From positions 5,963 through 69,962 of the forward strand of contig JAGAZZ010000008.1 of assembly GCA_017939155.1 (NCBI GenBank): a stretch of DNA of 64,000 nt, in the 5' to 3' direction. The notes beneath the pieces are model-generated. The model ran no database searches. It worked only from the letters and a program-made list of their open reading frames with translations, and was not told the DNA's origin. Within the stretch, counting starts at the first letter, position 1. Each line of letters opens with the position of its first letter. The DNA is from Alphaproteobacteria bacterium. Its GTDB lineage: Bacteria > Pseudomonadota > Alphaproteobacteria > RF32 > CAG-239. Made by a program: the position numbers and the translations under genes. Positions 18,701-27,685 of the stretch are shown in pieces.

Positions 18701-21700
18701 CGGAAACACACCGTGTTATAACTGTGATTACAGCTGTCGTAATTCTTATGAATCCAAAACAGAATGTGAAGCTGCCGCAGCAAGTACGCAATATTGCAAA
18801 GAAGCAACAACCAACATCACCTGTTGGTATCCGGTAGAATACGCTTGCCCATCAGGATATACGGCAGGCTTGAAAAAAGAAGACTGTGACACCTATAAAA
18901 ACGGTCATTATTACGACCAAACAATCGTCGTCCCCGATAGTGAAAACTCTCAAGGAATAGATAGCGAAGGTAATATAGCAAATTGTTATCAATGCGGTTT
19001 CAATTGTATCGGAGAGCACGATAACCAACCCTTAGTCACAGACAAAACCGCTCAAGGCTATGTTTATTTTAAGCTTTGGGATAATCCGGAATGTTATCTC
19101 CAAAAGCTCCCCGGAGACGGCAGTTACGGGCAATGTGTTGACAAAGACGAAAAAATTGGCTCGGCATATCCTGAAAGCTATATAAACGCGGAAGGTTGCC
19201 CGAAGATTCAAAACGCTGTGACAACAACAAACGAAAGCAGTTGGCAAATAGTAGAGCTCGTCGGTTTCTATTACGCCAGTGAACAATGCTATCTGTGCGC
19301 CAGCAATCCTTGTTCGAACCAAAAGACCGGAACCGATACACAATGCAATCAAACCGGTTTCACTAAAGGAGAAGTAGATGCTTCCATCACTTCGGGTACA
19401 ACAGCTTGCTATACCTGCAGTTGCGACACTGCAAACGGCTATTATGCTTCAGAAAGCGAAGTACCTGACTGTGCTGATAATGTTAAAAGTGTCAGCAACT
19501 ATAATGGTATGACCTGCTACTATTGCGGAACATCAACAGCCTCCTTGCTCTCCTTATTAAATGATACTGTCAACAATCAAACCCGAATAGTTTATCACGA
19601 AGAGGGAGATTATCAGGGAATTGCCAACATTAATGCTGGCGCCTCAGCCCCGATAGAGGGAGACCCGTTAAGCGGTGACGCCACAGCCTCGCTCACGCTT
19701 TATAATAGCGCGTCCAACGCCAAAATCGCATTACAGGCAGGACAAAACCGCACAACCTATAACGCTAAAGCTAACGGAACAGATGCCGAAAATGCAGTTT
19801 CCGCCAAAGGTGAACTTAACCTCATTATGCAAGACGGCGCCAATAATGTAACCGCCGCCGGCATAACCACCAATGATAACGCTTATAATGCCTATGCCGA
19901 GGGCAACGCCATAGCCGAAGGCAGAATTAATATAGAAGATACCAAATCTGCCACCAACGTCATTTATGGTATATCATCCGCGCGCAACGCATATAACGCT
20001 TATGCCAACCAAGAGCTGGCGCAAGCTTCGGGCACTATCAACATCAATACCATCACCGACAAACAAGCCTACGGTATATTTGCCGCTCAAGACATTTATA
20101 ACCAAACAGACAACCAACAAACCAGTATCGTTAATGTGCGCGGTACCGGTTCGGGGGACATCTATGGTCTGTATTCTAAGTCCGGCAATATTTATAACAG
20201 CGGGGAGGTAAATGTTTCTTCCGCGTCCGGTAATGCTTACGGTCTTTATCTTGAAAACGGCAATAACAGCCAAATTGAAAACAGCGGTCAAATTACCGTT
20301 TCAAGCAATGAGAAATCTGCCTACGGCATTTATGTCAAAGACGCTGAAAACGGCGTCACCGTTACCAATACCGGCTCAATAACCGCCACCGGCGATAGCC
20401 AAAGCCGCGGTATCAAAATTGAGCAAAATGGTCAAAACGCCACCGTCATCAACCAAGGTCAAATCACCGTTAATGGGGCACTAAATGCCGAAGAGTCCGC
20501 CATAGATTTAGGCGGCGGCAAGTTTGCTAACGCCGGCGAGATTAAATTTATCGGCGCGCAAAACCTTGATGTCTTAAACGGTAAATTCACACTTGAAAAA
20601 GGTGGGCACATAGAAGCTGACGTTTTAAGTGGTGACTTAACTATCGGCACCTCCGTTGTCAAAGAGGGCTTTAAAGATACTTATGTGGAAGAGGGGGCGA
20701 TAAAAGCTCAAGATATTCAAGACTTAAATCTCTCTTCAGAATCAGCCTTATTCACCGCTCAAGTCAAGAAAAACGCCAACGAAAACCTCTATGACGCCGA
20801 GGCAAACCGTCGCAATTTCAATGAGTTTACCCCCAATAGTTCCATCGGCAACTATCTGGAAAATAACTATCATCAGGAAAAACTGGCACAACTGTTTGAA
20901 AAGTTAAAATCCGCTAACTCTGACGCTATCCTTGCCGCCGACATCTTAAAGCAAACCGGCGCGGACATCTTGCCCAACTTGGCGCAAGAAAACTTAATGG
21001 CGTTAAGAAACTCGGCTGAGGTCATCACCGACGCTGTTCTGGCTGATAACGATGAGGAAAACCGTGTTATCTCCGGCGCTGACGCTTATTTCCAAGACGC
21101 AGAAGCCAAAAACGGCGTCACCGGTTATGATAACACCACGGCAACAGCCTATATGTTTGGCGATAAGCGCTTAGACAATAAAAACCGCTTAGGCTTAGGT
21201 TTATCCTATATGCAGATGTCAAGCTCTTATGACAACGGCGGCAGTCGTACGCAAAACTTTGTTTCCTTGTTCTTCCCGTGGTTGCACAAATTCACCGAAA
21301 AGCTCAAACTGGCCTCGGTCTTAAACTTCGGCTACGGCTGGGGCAAATTTGACCGCGGTATCGGCAACGAAGCTGACCTGACCGACTATATCTATGGTCT
21401 AAGCAACAAACTTATCTACTCTATGAATTTAGCAGATATAGCAGAACTTGAGCCGGCTTTAATGTTTAACGTCCAGGGCTACACCGCCGATGATATGAAT
21501 ATGGGTGACCTTAAAGTCAAACAAAGTAATCATATCTCTGCCGAAGCAGGAATTGGTCTATACATCAAGAAAAGCTTTTCTGATGAAAAATACGGCAAGC
21601 TGACCGCTCGTCTTGGCGGTGCTTATTATCACGAGTTTGCCAACCCGTATCGCCGAATCAGGGCAGGGTTCGCTGATGGCGTCGGCAGTTTCAGCATAAA

Positions 21701-21854
21701 CGACTATGCCGGCATATATAGCCGTGACCGCGCCGTTCTCTCTGCTATGCTGAACTATGAATACAAGCGCATTGCGCTATATTTGAAGTACAATCGCTTC
21801 ATACAGCGTAAAAACAGCCAAAACTTGGATATGGGCGTTAAATATAACTTCTAA
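15786..21854 (+). CDS. classical (type Va) autotransporter with a Cys-rich modular passenger
   Basis: 2022 aa. It has a signal peptide, one ankyrin-like unit, Cys-rich modules, beta-helix-type repeats (AYGIY.., YGLYS.., SRGIKI) and a C-terminal beta-barrel ending ...MGVKYNF. Confidence 0.85.
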   Translation: MLQKSQIRRKTIFFMSIFSLLFCQLMFATRPSANENPTPEQIYNAAKIRDGKALQNYKKFINIEDENGQTALCLAQQNKDKYSYEMLLVFGADREVDCHDDKDPICAIVVGEKLKLSPAGAWILAGTATAGAIAGIAAGTDLINHHEPCPEGYSKRYKTVADCGVTGAEGWLWEDGGIHHRDQCGKCTPKEYDTGCSILYQSVADCGPHAGEGWEWSASGYSGDVWCGICTPKICPTTESPTTRGSSTFYHTPYHCPIRKFMKPTAPTHAGWYGEEECFTCNYQCDEKTGFATQTACQTNAEGAIGFTCQLDPATQCYYRSHTPNPDAPDGGKNECPVTESTTTRGSSTLYNIPYHCPIIKFMKPTTPTHAGWSGDEECFTCNYQCDEETGFGSQTTCQTNDEGGIGYTCQLDPTSKCYYRSHTPDPDNPDGGRNDCPVDTAPNRIGSKVDYINQAYCPTKQYMTATGVERVAYSGEEGCYTCLYNCDEETGFASQTACQTNDEGATGYTCQLDPSSQCYYRSHTPNPDNPDGGENECPNTDSKTTRGSSTLYNIPEHCPTIKYMKPTTPTSAGWSGEKECFTCNYQCDEETGFANQTTCQTNEAGATGYICQLDPTSGCYYRSTTPNPDNPDPGKKECPVDNAQNRIGSKIEYINQNACPTKQYMTVTGVEPGAYSGEDRCYTCLYNCDEKEGFASETTCKTNEAGAIGYTCQLDPKSGCYYRSTTPNPDNPDPGKTPCTSPFDVKYQEVSDCVKYNGGTTDGWNWTQSGWSGEEKCGNCEAKACTAPSSTEYESTANCPPLPNKIAVAVQATGNYAGSDPCNECIYWCDPAQRSFSTPEACEANAAGSQCIEADGCWVVKDDCPEGYHTWIQNCNNKQHPSGWKLESNGSSNGISCNKCVEIPCSPANVTDVSTCGSTGAAGWELVSNGYSGNDLCQICQALTCPSSEETGSCSAGTYENVTATPSGNYAGNTPCYNCDYSCRNSYESKTECEAAAASTQYCKEATTNITCWYPVEYACPSGYTAGLKKEDCDTYKNGHYYDQTIVVPDSENSQGIDSEGNIANCYQCGFNCIGEHDNQPLVTDKTAQGYVYFKLWDNPECYLQKLPGDGSYGQCVDKDEKIGSAYPESYINAEGCPKIQNAVTTTNESSWQIVELVGFYYASEQCYLCASNPCSNQKTGTDTQCNQTGFTKGEVDASITSGTTACYTCSCDTANGYYASESEVPDCADNVKSVSNYNGMTCYYCGTSTASLLSLLNDTVNNQTRIVYHEEGDYQGIANINAGASAPIEGDPLSGDATASLTLYNSASNAKIALQAGQNRTTYNAKANGTDAENAVSAKGELNLIMQDGANNVTAAGITTNDNAYNAYAEGNAIAEGRINIEDTKSATNVIYGISSARNAYNAYANQELAQASGTININTITDKQAYGIFAAQDIYNQTDNQQTSIVNVRGTGSGDIYGLYSKSGNIYNSGEVNVSSASGNAYGLYLENGNNSQIENSGQITVSSNEKSAYGIYVKDAENGVTVTNTGSITATGDSQSRGIKIEQNGQNATVINQGQITVNGALNAEESAIDLGGGKFANAGEIKFIGAQNLDVLNGKFTLEKGGHIEADVLSGDLTIGTSVVKEGFKDTYVEEGAIKAQDIQDLNLSSESALFTAQVKKNANENLYDAEANRRNFNEFTPNSSIGNYLENNYHQEKLAQLFEKLKSANSDAILAADILKQTGADILPNLAQENLMALRNSAEVITDAVLADNDEENRVISGADAYFQDAEAKNGVTGYDNTTATAYMFGDKRLDNKNRLGLGLSYMQMSSSYDNGGSRTQNFVSLFFPWLHKFTEKLKLASVLNFGYGWGKFDRGIGNEADLTDYIYGLSNKLIYSMNLADIAELEPALMFNVQGYTADDMNMGDLKVKQSNHISAEAGIGLYIKKSFSDEKYGKLTARLGGAYYHEFANPYRRIRAGFADGVGSFSINDYAGIYSRDRAVLSAMLNYEYKRIALYLKYNRFIQRKNSQNLDMGVKYNF
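16488..18002 (+). repeat. five tandem 303-nt (101-aa) Cys-rich modules inside the autotransporter gene
   Basis: Module starts (CP..) fall at aa 235, 336, 437, 538 and 639. There are two alternating subtypes in the order A-A-B-A-B. Confidence 0.9.
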
Positions 21855-21878
21855 CGTCTAACCAAACCAAAAAGAATA

Positions 21879-21910
21879 AACGCTCGTCTTGCGGGCGTTT
21901 TTCTTTTCCC
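21879..21910 (+). terminator. autotransporter terminator
   Basis: ACGCTCG / GCGGGCGT stem followed by TTTTTCTTTT. Confidence 0.6.
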
Positions 21911-22119
21911 TAAATTCTCTAAAAACTCTCCTCAAAGCATTATTCACATAACCCTGAATATTTCAGAACAGGAAAAACAAAAACTCATAAAAACGAAGAA
22001 CTAACATATTAAATAAAAACGATTATTCAAAAATATTCATCTTAAAATAAAAGCTGGACAAATATTCAAATGTTGAATATTTTATTTTACTTTCCTCTCA
22101 AATAGCTCCTCCAAGCCAT

Positions 22120-22146
22120 AAAAAAAACGCCCCCGAAGGAGCGTTC
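22120..22146 (-). terminator. terminator of the LRR gene
   Basis: AACGCTCC / GGGGCGTT stem followed by 8 T on the minus strand. Confidence 0.6.
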
Positions 22147-22168
22147 ATTGCTTAAAACCCTATGCAAA

Positions 22169-22954
22169 CTAAGCAAGAATAGCTTCAACTGCTTTTTCCA
22201 AATCAAACAAGCGTTGTTTTTCAAAGGCAATGCCAAGCCGAACGGAAGAAGCGTATTCTTTAAGCGTTTCCGCTTCTTTAGCCCCCACCATCGTCGGACG
22301 GCGACCAAGCGAAAACAGCCAATCGCGATTATCTTGGGCAATTTTTTGAAAATCGAGTGGCACACCGCGCATAATCACGAGCGAGCGATTTGCCTTAAAG
22401 CGCTCAGCCACTTTTTCAATCACCAAATCAGACATCCTGGGCTCAGGCCAAATCAAATGGGCAATGTGGCTCTGCGAGATAAACTCTGCCAAATCAAGCA
22501 ACTGCTCATCTGTAAAATAGCAACCACTTAAATCCAAATAAATCAAACCTTCCAGACTTCTGATTGTTTGCAAAAACAAATCAAACAAAATCGCATTATC
22601 AGAAAACATAAAACATTTCAGAGCAACGCTCGTCAATTTTTTCTTGAATTTAAGACGGGTAAGGATATTTCTCAAAATTTCATTATCAACCGCCATAGAT
22701 TGCATAACACTTTGGCGCACAACGCCGCGGGCACTGCCATAGAGATTATCCCCAAAATCATCAGTAACAAAGTTTTCAGCTGCACCGATACCAATGGAAA
22801 TTTTTTTCAATTCCGTTGCCGATTCAATCCAACCATAAGTTTCTGCTACATCAGTTTTTTTATAACACGGACGTTTTAAAACAATTTCATTTGCGCGGGC
22901 GTCATAATACCCGAAAGTATTTCTTGTGCCGCAATCATTCGTTAATTTACGCAT
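22169..22954 (-). CDS. leucine-rich-repeat (RNI-like) protein
   Basis: LIYLDLSGCYFTDEQLLDLAEFI.. and neighbouring ~28-aa L-rich units. No signal peptide. Confidence 0.5.
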   Translation of the reverse strand: MRKLTNDCGTRNTFGYYDARANEIVLKRPCYKKTDVAETYGWIESATELKKISIGIGAAENFVTDDFGDNLYGSARGVVRQSVMQSMAVDNEILRNILTRLKFKKKLTSVALKCFMFSDNAILFDLFLQTIRSLEGLIYLDLSGCYFTDEQLLDLAEFISQSHIAHLIWPEPRMSDLVIEKVAERFKANRSLVIMRGVPLDFQKIAQDNRDWLFSLGRRPTMVGAKEAETLKEYASSVRLGIAFEKQRLFDLEKAVEAILA

Positions 22955-23269
22955 ACAGTCCTCTCCAGCATAAGGGTTAAAGTTTCAACAAAAAGTTGTA
23001 TGTTCATAAAACATACCGAAACGATAATCGGTTTTTTTATTAAAAGCAACATATTTTTCCCTATTTATTGTATTTTATCACAATTAAAATTCAAAGATGT
23101 ATATAACAGAGTATATCAAAAAAAGTTAAAATCCGTTTTAGCGTAAAAAAAATTGTCCTCTTTTCCTGAATTTATGCGGCAAAACTCAATAAAAGCATTT
23201 GCACCCCCAAAAAAACGGTTTTATACTCAAAACCAATCAAAAAACGCACTTAAACTTAGGATAATTTTC

Positions 23270-24679
23270 ATGAATATTTCTCTAGATGGACAATATTTTC
23301 CCCAAATAACTCTCGTTTTATCAACACTTGTTATATTTTTGCTCGCTTTACTAGCCGCTCTTGGCTGCAAATCTGCCGCCAAAACGCATAAACTCAAATC
23401 ATTAGAGCAGGATTTATCCGAAAAAGAGCTAAACCTCGCGCTTCTTTCCGCCCGATTCGCCGATATTGAGGCTCTTTTAGCTAAAGCCGAACAAAAAAAC
23501 GCTGATTTATCAAATGCTTTAAGTGCCTCCTCCGAGCAACTGACAGCTCTAACCGCCACCACCAAAGCCAAAGAAGAAAGCTTAAATGAAAAAATCGCTT
23601 TTTTAGAGAAAATCAAAGAGGATTTAACCTTAAAATTTAAAAACATCTCTCAAGAAATCGCCGACACCCAGCGCCAAACCGCCTCAAAAGAACAAAAAGA
23701 AGCCCTTTCAACCGTCATCACACCTTTTGCCGAACAACTAAAGGCTTTCAAAGCCGAAGTTGCCGCCGCCAGAGAAGAAAGCGTGAAAGCAAAATCAAGC
23801 CTTGATACGCAGCTTATAAACCTTTCCAACTTAAATTTAGCCTTAAGCAAAGACGCGCAAAATTTAGCCGACGCCTTAAAAGGCTCCAAAAAAGCCCAAG
23901 GCTGTTGGGGCGAATGCCGCTTAGGGCGGATTTTGGAAATTTCCGGTCTTGTGCTCGGTCAAGACTATGACACCGAAGAAACCTTTAAGAATGAAGACAA
24001 AAAGCTCTATCGCCCCGACGTTATCGTCCATCTGCCCGAAAACCGCGACATTATTATAGACTCAAAAGTTTCCTTAAACGACTATCTTGAAGCCGTCAAC
24101 GCCGAAGATGATGACAACCGGCAAAAAGCCCTGCAAAAAAACACTGCCGCCATCAAAGCTCATATTGACGAGCTCTCCGCCAAAGAATACCAAAACCTCT
24201 TAAAAGACCGCACGCTAAACTATGTCATTATGTTTATTCCGGTTGAAAGCGCTTATATCGCCGCGTTAGAATATGACCACGCGCTTTATGACTATGCCTA
24301 CAAGAAAAACATCATTTTAGCCACGCCGCTGTCTTTGTTGCCAACCCTGCGCACCGTGGAAAACCTATGGCGGATAGACAGTCAAAACCGTAATGTGCAA
24401 AAAATTGCCGAACTCGGCGGCAAAATCTATGACAAGCTTGCAGATTTCGTTAATGATATGAAATCCTTAGAGCGCGGCTTAAATCAAGCCAACGGCGCAT
24501 ACGCTAAAGCGATGACCAAACTTCAGGGCAGGGGCGGTGCGCTCTCTCAGGCCGAAAAAATGCGGCTTCTGGGGGCAAAAACCAACAAACTTGTTAACCT
24601 CTCCTTAAATGATAATGACATACAATCCTTAGAAACACCGGATAATGACCTTCTGGCCTTAGAAATTTTGGGAGATTAA
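23270..24679 (+). CDS. rmuC: DNA recombination protein RmuC
   Basis: N-terminal TM, a long coiled coil, and the C-terminal RmuC nuclease-like core (RPDVIVHLP, IIDSKVSL, VIMFIP). ATG at 23270; the track start at 23153 is TTG. Confidence 0.9.
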   Translation: MNISLDGQYFPQITLVLSTLVIFLLALLAALGCKSAAKTHKLKSLEQDLSEKELNLALLSARFADIEALLAKAEQKNADLSNALSASSEQLTALTATTKAKEESLNEKIAFLEKIKEDLTLKFKNISQEIADTQRQTASKEQKEALSTVITPFAEQLKAFKAEVAAAREESVKAKSSLDTQLINLSNLNLALSKDAQNLADALKGSKKAQGCWGECRLGRILEISGLVLGQDYDTEETFKNEDKKLYRPDVIVHLPENRDIIIDSKVSLNDYLEAVNAEDDDNRQKALQKNTAAIKAHIDELSAKEYQNLLKDRTLNYVIMFIPVESAYIAALEYDHALYDYAYKKNIILATPLSLLPTLRTVENLWRIDSQNRNVQKIAELGGKIYDKLADFVNDMKSLERGLNQANGAYAKAMTKLQGRGGALSQAEKMRLLGAKTNKLVNLSLNDNDIQSLETPDNDLLALEILGD

Positions 24680-24681
24680 CT

Positions 24682-25746
24682 ATGAAAAAAATCGTCTTTA
24701 CCGGCGGCGGTTCTGCCGGACACATCACACTAAACTTAGCCCTTATCCCTTATTTTTTAGAAAAAGGCTGGCAAGTCACCTACATCGGCTCTAAAGGCGG
24801 TATGGAAGAAGAATTAATCAAAAAATACCCCGAAGTCACCTATCAAAGCGTCTTAACCGGCAAACTTCGCCGCTATTTTTCCTTCAAAAACCTTGTTGAT
24901 ATGGCAAAAATCCCTCTAGGTTGTTTGGAAGCCTATATTAAATTAAGAAAAATCAATCCGGACGTTGTCTTTTCCAAAGGCGGTTTTGTTTCTTTTCCAG
25001 TTGTCATCGGCGGCTATCTGAACCGAAAAAAAATCTATATGCACGAATCAGACATCACTCCCGGTCTTGCCAATAAAATGAGCCTGCCGTTTGTGGATAC
25101 ATTCTTCACCACCTTTGCTGACACCATCAACACTATCTCTCAAAAAAATAAAGTCCGTTACATTGGTCCCGTCCTTTCAGACCGTTTGTTTAACGGCAGC
25201 AAAGCATCAGGCGCCGCGTTCACGGGTCTGACTGCAGACAAACCGGTGATTATGTTCATTGGCGGCAGTCTGGGCGCTAAAAGCTTAAATGATGCCGTGG
25301 CAAAAAATCTCCCCGAGCTCTTAAAAAAATATCAGATTATCCATATCGCCGGCAAAAACGGCTTTAATCCGGAGCTCAAAGCCGAAGGCTACGCGCAATA
25401 CGAATTTGTCGACACTAAATTAAAAGACTTAATGGCTCTTGCAGACATTGTTATCTCAAGAGCCGGTTCAAACGCTATTTTTGAGTTGGCAAGCCTGCAA
25501 AAACCAATGGTCTTGGTTCCGTTGCCAAACACATCTTCAAGAGGAGAGCAGGGGTTAAACGCGCAAAATTTCAAAGCCAAAGGCTATGCTGAAATCATTA
25601 AAGATGAAGACATCGCCACACCTGAAATTCTTTTTGCCACGCTTGAAAAAATATTAAACAACAAACAAGCCTATCTCAACGCTTTTGCTAAAACCCCGAT
25701 AAAAATCACCACAGCCGAAACCTTGGCGCAAGAAATTATGTCATAA
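24682..25746 (+). CDS. murG: MurG-type GT28 N-acetylglucosaminyltransferase
   Basis: MKKIVFTGGGSAGH G-loop, TGKLRRYFS, SKGGFVS.P, HESD, IGGSLGA, and AGSNAIFEL ... P.. ..GEQ..NA. Confidence 0.8.
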   Translation: MKKIVFTGGGSAGHITLNLALIPYFLEKGWQVTYIGSKGGMEEELIKKYPEVTYQSVLTGKLRRYFSFKNLVDMAKIPLGCLEAYIKLRKINPDVVFSKGGFVSFPVVIGGYLNRKKIYMHESDITPGLANKMSLPFVDTFFTTFADTINTISQKNKVRYIGPVLSDRLFNGSKASGAAFTGLTADKPVIMFIGGSLGAKSLNDAVAKNLPELLKKYQIIHIAGKNGFNPELKAEGYAQYEFVDTKLKDLMALADIVISRAGSNAIFELASLQKPMVLVPLPNTSSRGEQGLNAQNFKAKGYAEIIKDEDIATPEILFATLEKILNNKQAYLNAFAKTPIKITTAETLAQEIMS

Positions 25747-25763
25747 TTTCACAAAAAACCATA

Positions 25764-25865
25764 TTTTTTGTATATTTTGTATATTTTTTGCTTGCATTCT
25801 CGCTTTTTTTGCGGTATAGTTGACAGAGTTAAAAATATTATTAATCAATTAAAAAAATAAGAATT
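25764..25865 (+). repeat. ~100-bp promoter/leader cassette, copy 1
   Basis: About 90% identical to 26696-26794. Contains TGTATATTT x2. Confidence 0.85.
25792..25820 (+). promoter_or_regulatory. sigma70 promoter
   Basis: TTGCAT, 17-nt spacer, TATAGT. Confidence 0.6.
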
Positions 25866-26663
25866 ATGAAACTTAAGGATTTTTTTGACACGAAAGTGTG
25901 TGTGGTTTTGTTTCTGCTGATACTTAGCCAAATCTTGTTAGTACTTGCTGTTTTTGGAGTATTTGATGGTTTTAAACCTTCCAAGAGTGTAGAAACCCCG
26001 CTGACAGGCGACTTCGTTTCTTTCACCGAACAAGCCGAAAACGGCGACACGCTGACTGGTGTGAAAAACATCAAAACCGGCGCCATCATCGTCACTCCGC
26101 AGATGATAGACAGCATTCAGGTGATGAAAAAAGCTTTTGCCGTCTATGTCAACGATGGTAAGGGAAGTATTTTCGCTTACCGCCTTGATGGCAGTCCGTT
26201 AGACGAAAATGACAATGCCTTTTTGGTATTTGAGGAAAAGTTTTTGCACAACGCTAAAGAACCGATATACATTGGTTATCAAGAGCGAGGAAAAACTTTT
26301 TACTTCCCCAAAACCGACGAAGTTGTTCTCGGCACCGAGTATTACTTAGGCTCAAAGCATATCTTTATCCAAGAAGATATTGCAGATGGTCATTGTTGGA
26401 GCCTGAGAACAACCAACGGTAAACAAACATGGCGCTTCATCTCTTGGGAGATTTTTCTCATCAAAGACATGAGCTCTGAAGCCGAAACATTCTGCATTGG
26501 CTTGCCAAACGAAGACAAAGAAGTTGTCCTTTACGACGTTAACGGCACAGAGCTGAAAACTGTTTCCGCCTCTCGCTGGAACAAAGCCAAAAGCCTCATG
26601 CGTGGTAACAAAAAAATTGGTACAGCCGAGTACCTGGAATGTAAAAACATCGCTAAAATCTGA
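25866..26663 (+). CDS. paralog family protein 1 (signal-anchored, unknown function)
   Basis: 265 aa. Shares SVETPLTGDFVSFTE..ENGDTLTGVKNIKTGA.IV.PQMIDSIQV and a C-terminal SRWNKAK...YLECKN.AKI with the next gene. Confidence 0.75.
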   Translation: MKLKDFFDTKVCVVLFLLILSQILLVLAVFGVFDGFKPSKSVETPLTGDFVSFTEQAENGDTLTGVKNIKTGAIIVTPQMIDSIQVMKKAFAVYVNDGKGSIFAYRLDGSPLDENDNAFLVFEEKFLHNAKEPIYIGYQERGKTFYFPKTDEVVLGTEYYLGSKHIFIQEDIADGHCWSLRTTNGKQTWRFISWEIFLIKDMSSEAETFCIGLPNEDKEVVLYDVNGTELKTVSASRWNKAKSLMRGNKKIGTAEYLECKNIAKI

Positions 26664-26695
26664 CAAAAAAGCGCAACACCATCAAGGTTGTTGCG

Positions 26696-26794
26696 TTTTT
26701 TTGTATATTTTGTATATTTTTTGCTTGCATTCTCGCTTTTTTTGCGTTATAGTTAAAGGAGTTAAAAATATTATTAATCAAAAAAATTAAAATT
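26696..26794 (+). repeat. promoter/leader cassette, copy 2
   Basis: See 25764-25865. Confidence 0.85.
26725..26753 (+). promoter_or_regulatory. sigma70 promoter
   Basis: TTGCAT, 17-nt spacer, TATAGT. Confidence 0.6.
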
Positions 26795-27550
26795 ATGAAA
26801 AATTATTTTTTTATGGCAATCGCTATGCTTTGCCTTTGCCTAACCGGTTGCAACAAGTTCAAGAGTGTAGAAACCCCGCTGACAGGCGACTTCGTGTCGT
26901 TCACCGAATTAAGTGAAAACGGCGACACGCTGACTGGTGTGAAAAACATCAAAACCGGCGCCGTCATCGTCGCTCCGCAGATGATAGACAGCATTCAGGT
27001 TTTAGAAAAGGCTTTTGCCGTCTATGTCAACGACGAAGAGGCGAGCATCTTAGCCTATCGCCTTGATGGCAAGCTGATAGACCAAAGCGAGGATGCACCG
27101 TTCCTCGTTTTTGAGGAAAAACACCCTCAAGGCGCCAAAGCACCGGTTTACATTGGTCACAGGGAGTGGAACAAAGTATTCTACTTCCCGGAAAAACAAG
27201 AAAGTGTAAAAGGTCAAAAATTCTACTTTGGCTTAAAACACGTTTTCATTGAGAAGGATGAGAAAAACTGGTTTTTCAAAACGCTTGCAAGCGACGCCAG
27301 CTGGAAACTGTTTCTGAAATCAGCTGATGATGAATTTTATCTGATAAAAGACATCGCAGCCAAAGAAGAAACCTTCTTTATCGGGCTTCTAAATCCGGAA
27401 AGTGGAAATATCCATCTTTTCACGCCAACAGGCGAAAAAGTAAAAGTGATTTCATCCTCTCGCTGGAACAAAGCCAAGAAACAGGCACGCCGTAGCACTC
27501 AGATTGGCAACGCCAATTACATTGAGTGCAAAAACGTCGCCAAAATTTAG
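26795..27550 (+). CDS. paralog family lipoprotein 2
   Basis: Lipobox LCLTGC; paralogous to 25866-26663. Confidence 0.75.
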   Translation: MKNYFFMAIAMLCLCLTGCNKFKSVETPLTGDFVSFTELSENGDTLTGVKNIKTGAVIVAPQMIDSIQVLEKAFAVYVNDEEASILAYRLDGKLIDQSEDAPFLVFEEKHPQGAKAPVYIGHREWNKVFYFPEKQESVKGQKFYFGLKHVFIEKDEKNWFFKTLASDASWKLFLKSADDEFYLIKDIAAKEETFFIGLLNPESGNIHLFTPTGEKVKVISSSRWNKAKKQARRSTQIGNANYIECKNVAKI

Positions 27551-27610
27551 TAAAAAGTGCAGCAACCCTCCTGGTTGTTGCATTTTTTTTGTATATTTTG
27601 TACAAACAAC

Positions 27611-27638
27611 TTGCAAAATAAAATTTACCCGTTATACT
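27611..27638 (+). promoter_or_regulatory. sigma70 promoter
   Basis: TTGCAA, 16-nt spacer, TATACT, preceded by a partial TGTATATTTTGTA motif. Confidence 0.5.
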
Positions 27639-27685
27639 TGAGCTCTATAAAATTACTTTTATGTCTAATTAAAAAAATATTTATT

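Noticed and set aside
15789-20662. Numerous 60-110-aa ORFs nested in or antisense to the autotransporter gene (and similar nested ORFs in thrS, lysS, dnaJ, hflX and others)
   Set aside because: All lie within long ORFs that have clear homology-type motifs. Such shadow ORFs are expected, especially in repetitive GC-richer coding DNA.
23153-23269. N-terminal extension of rmuC from a TTG start
   Set aside because: The ATG at 23270 yields the usual RmuC architecture, a short N-terminus followed by a TM helix. The extension has no SD.
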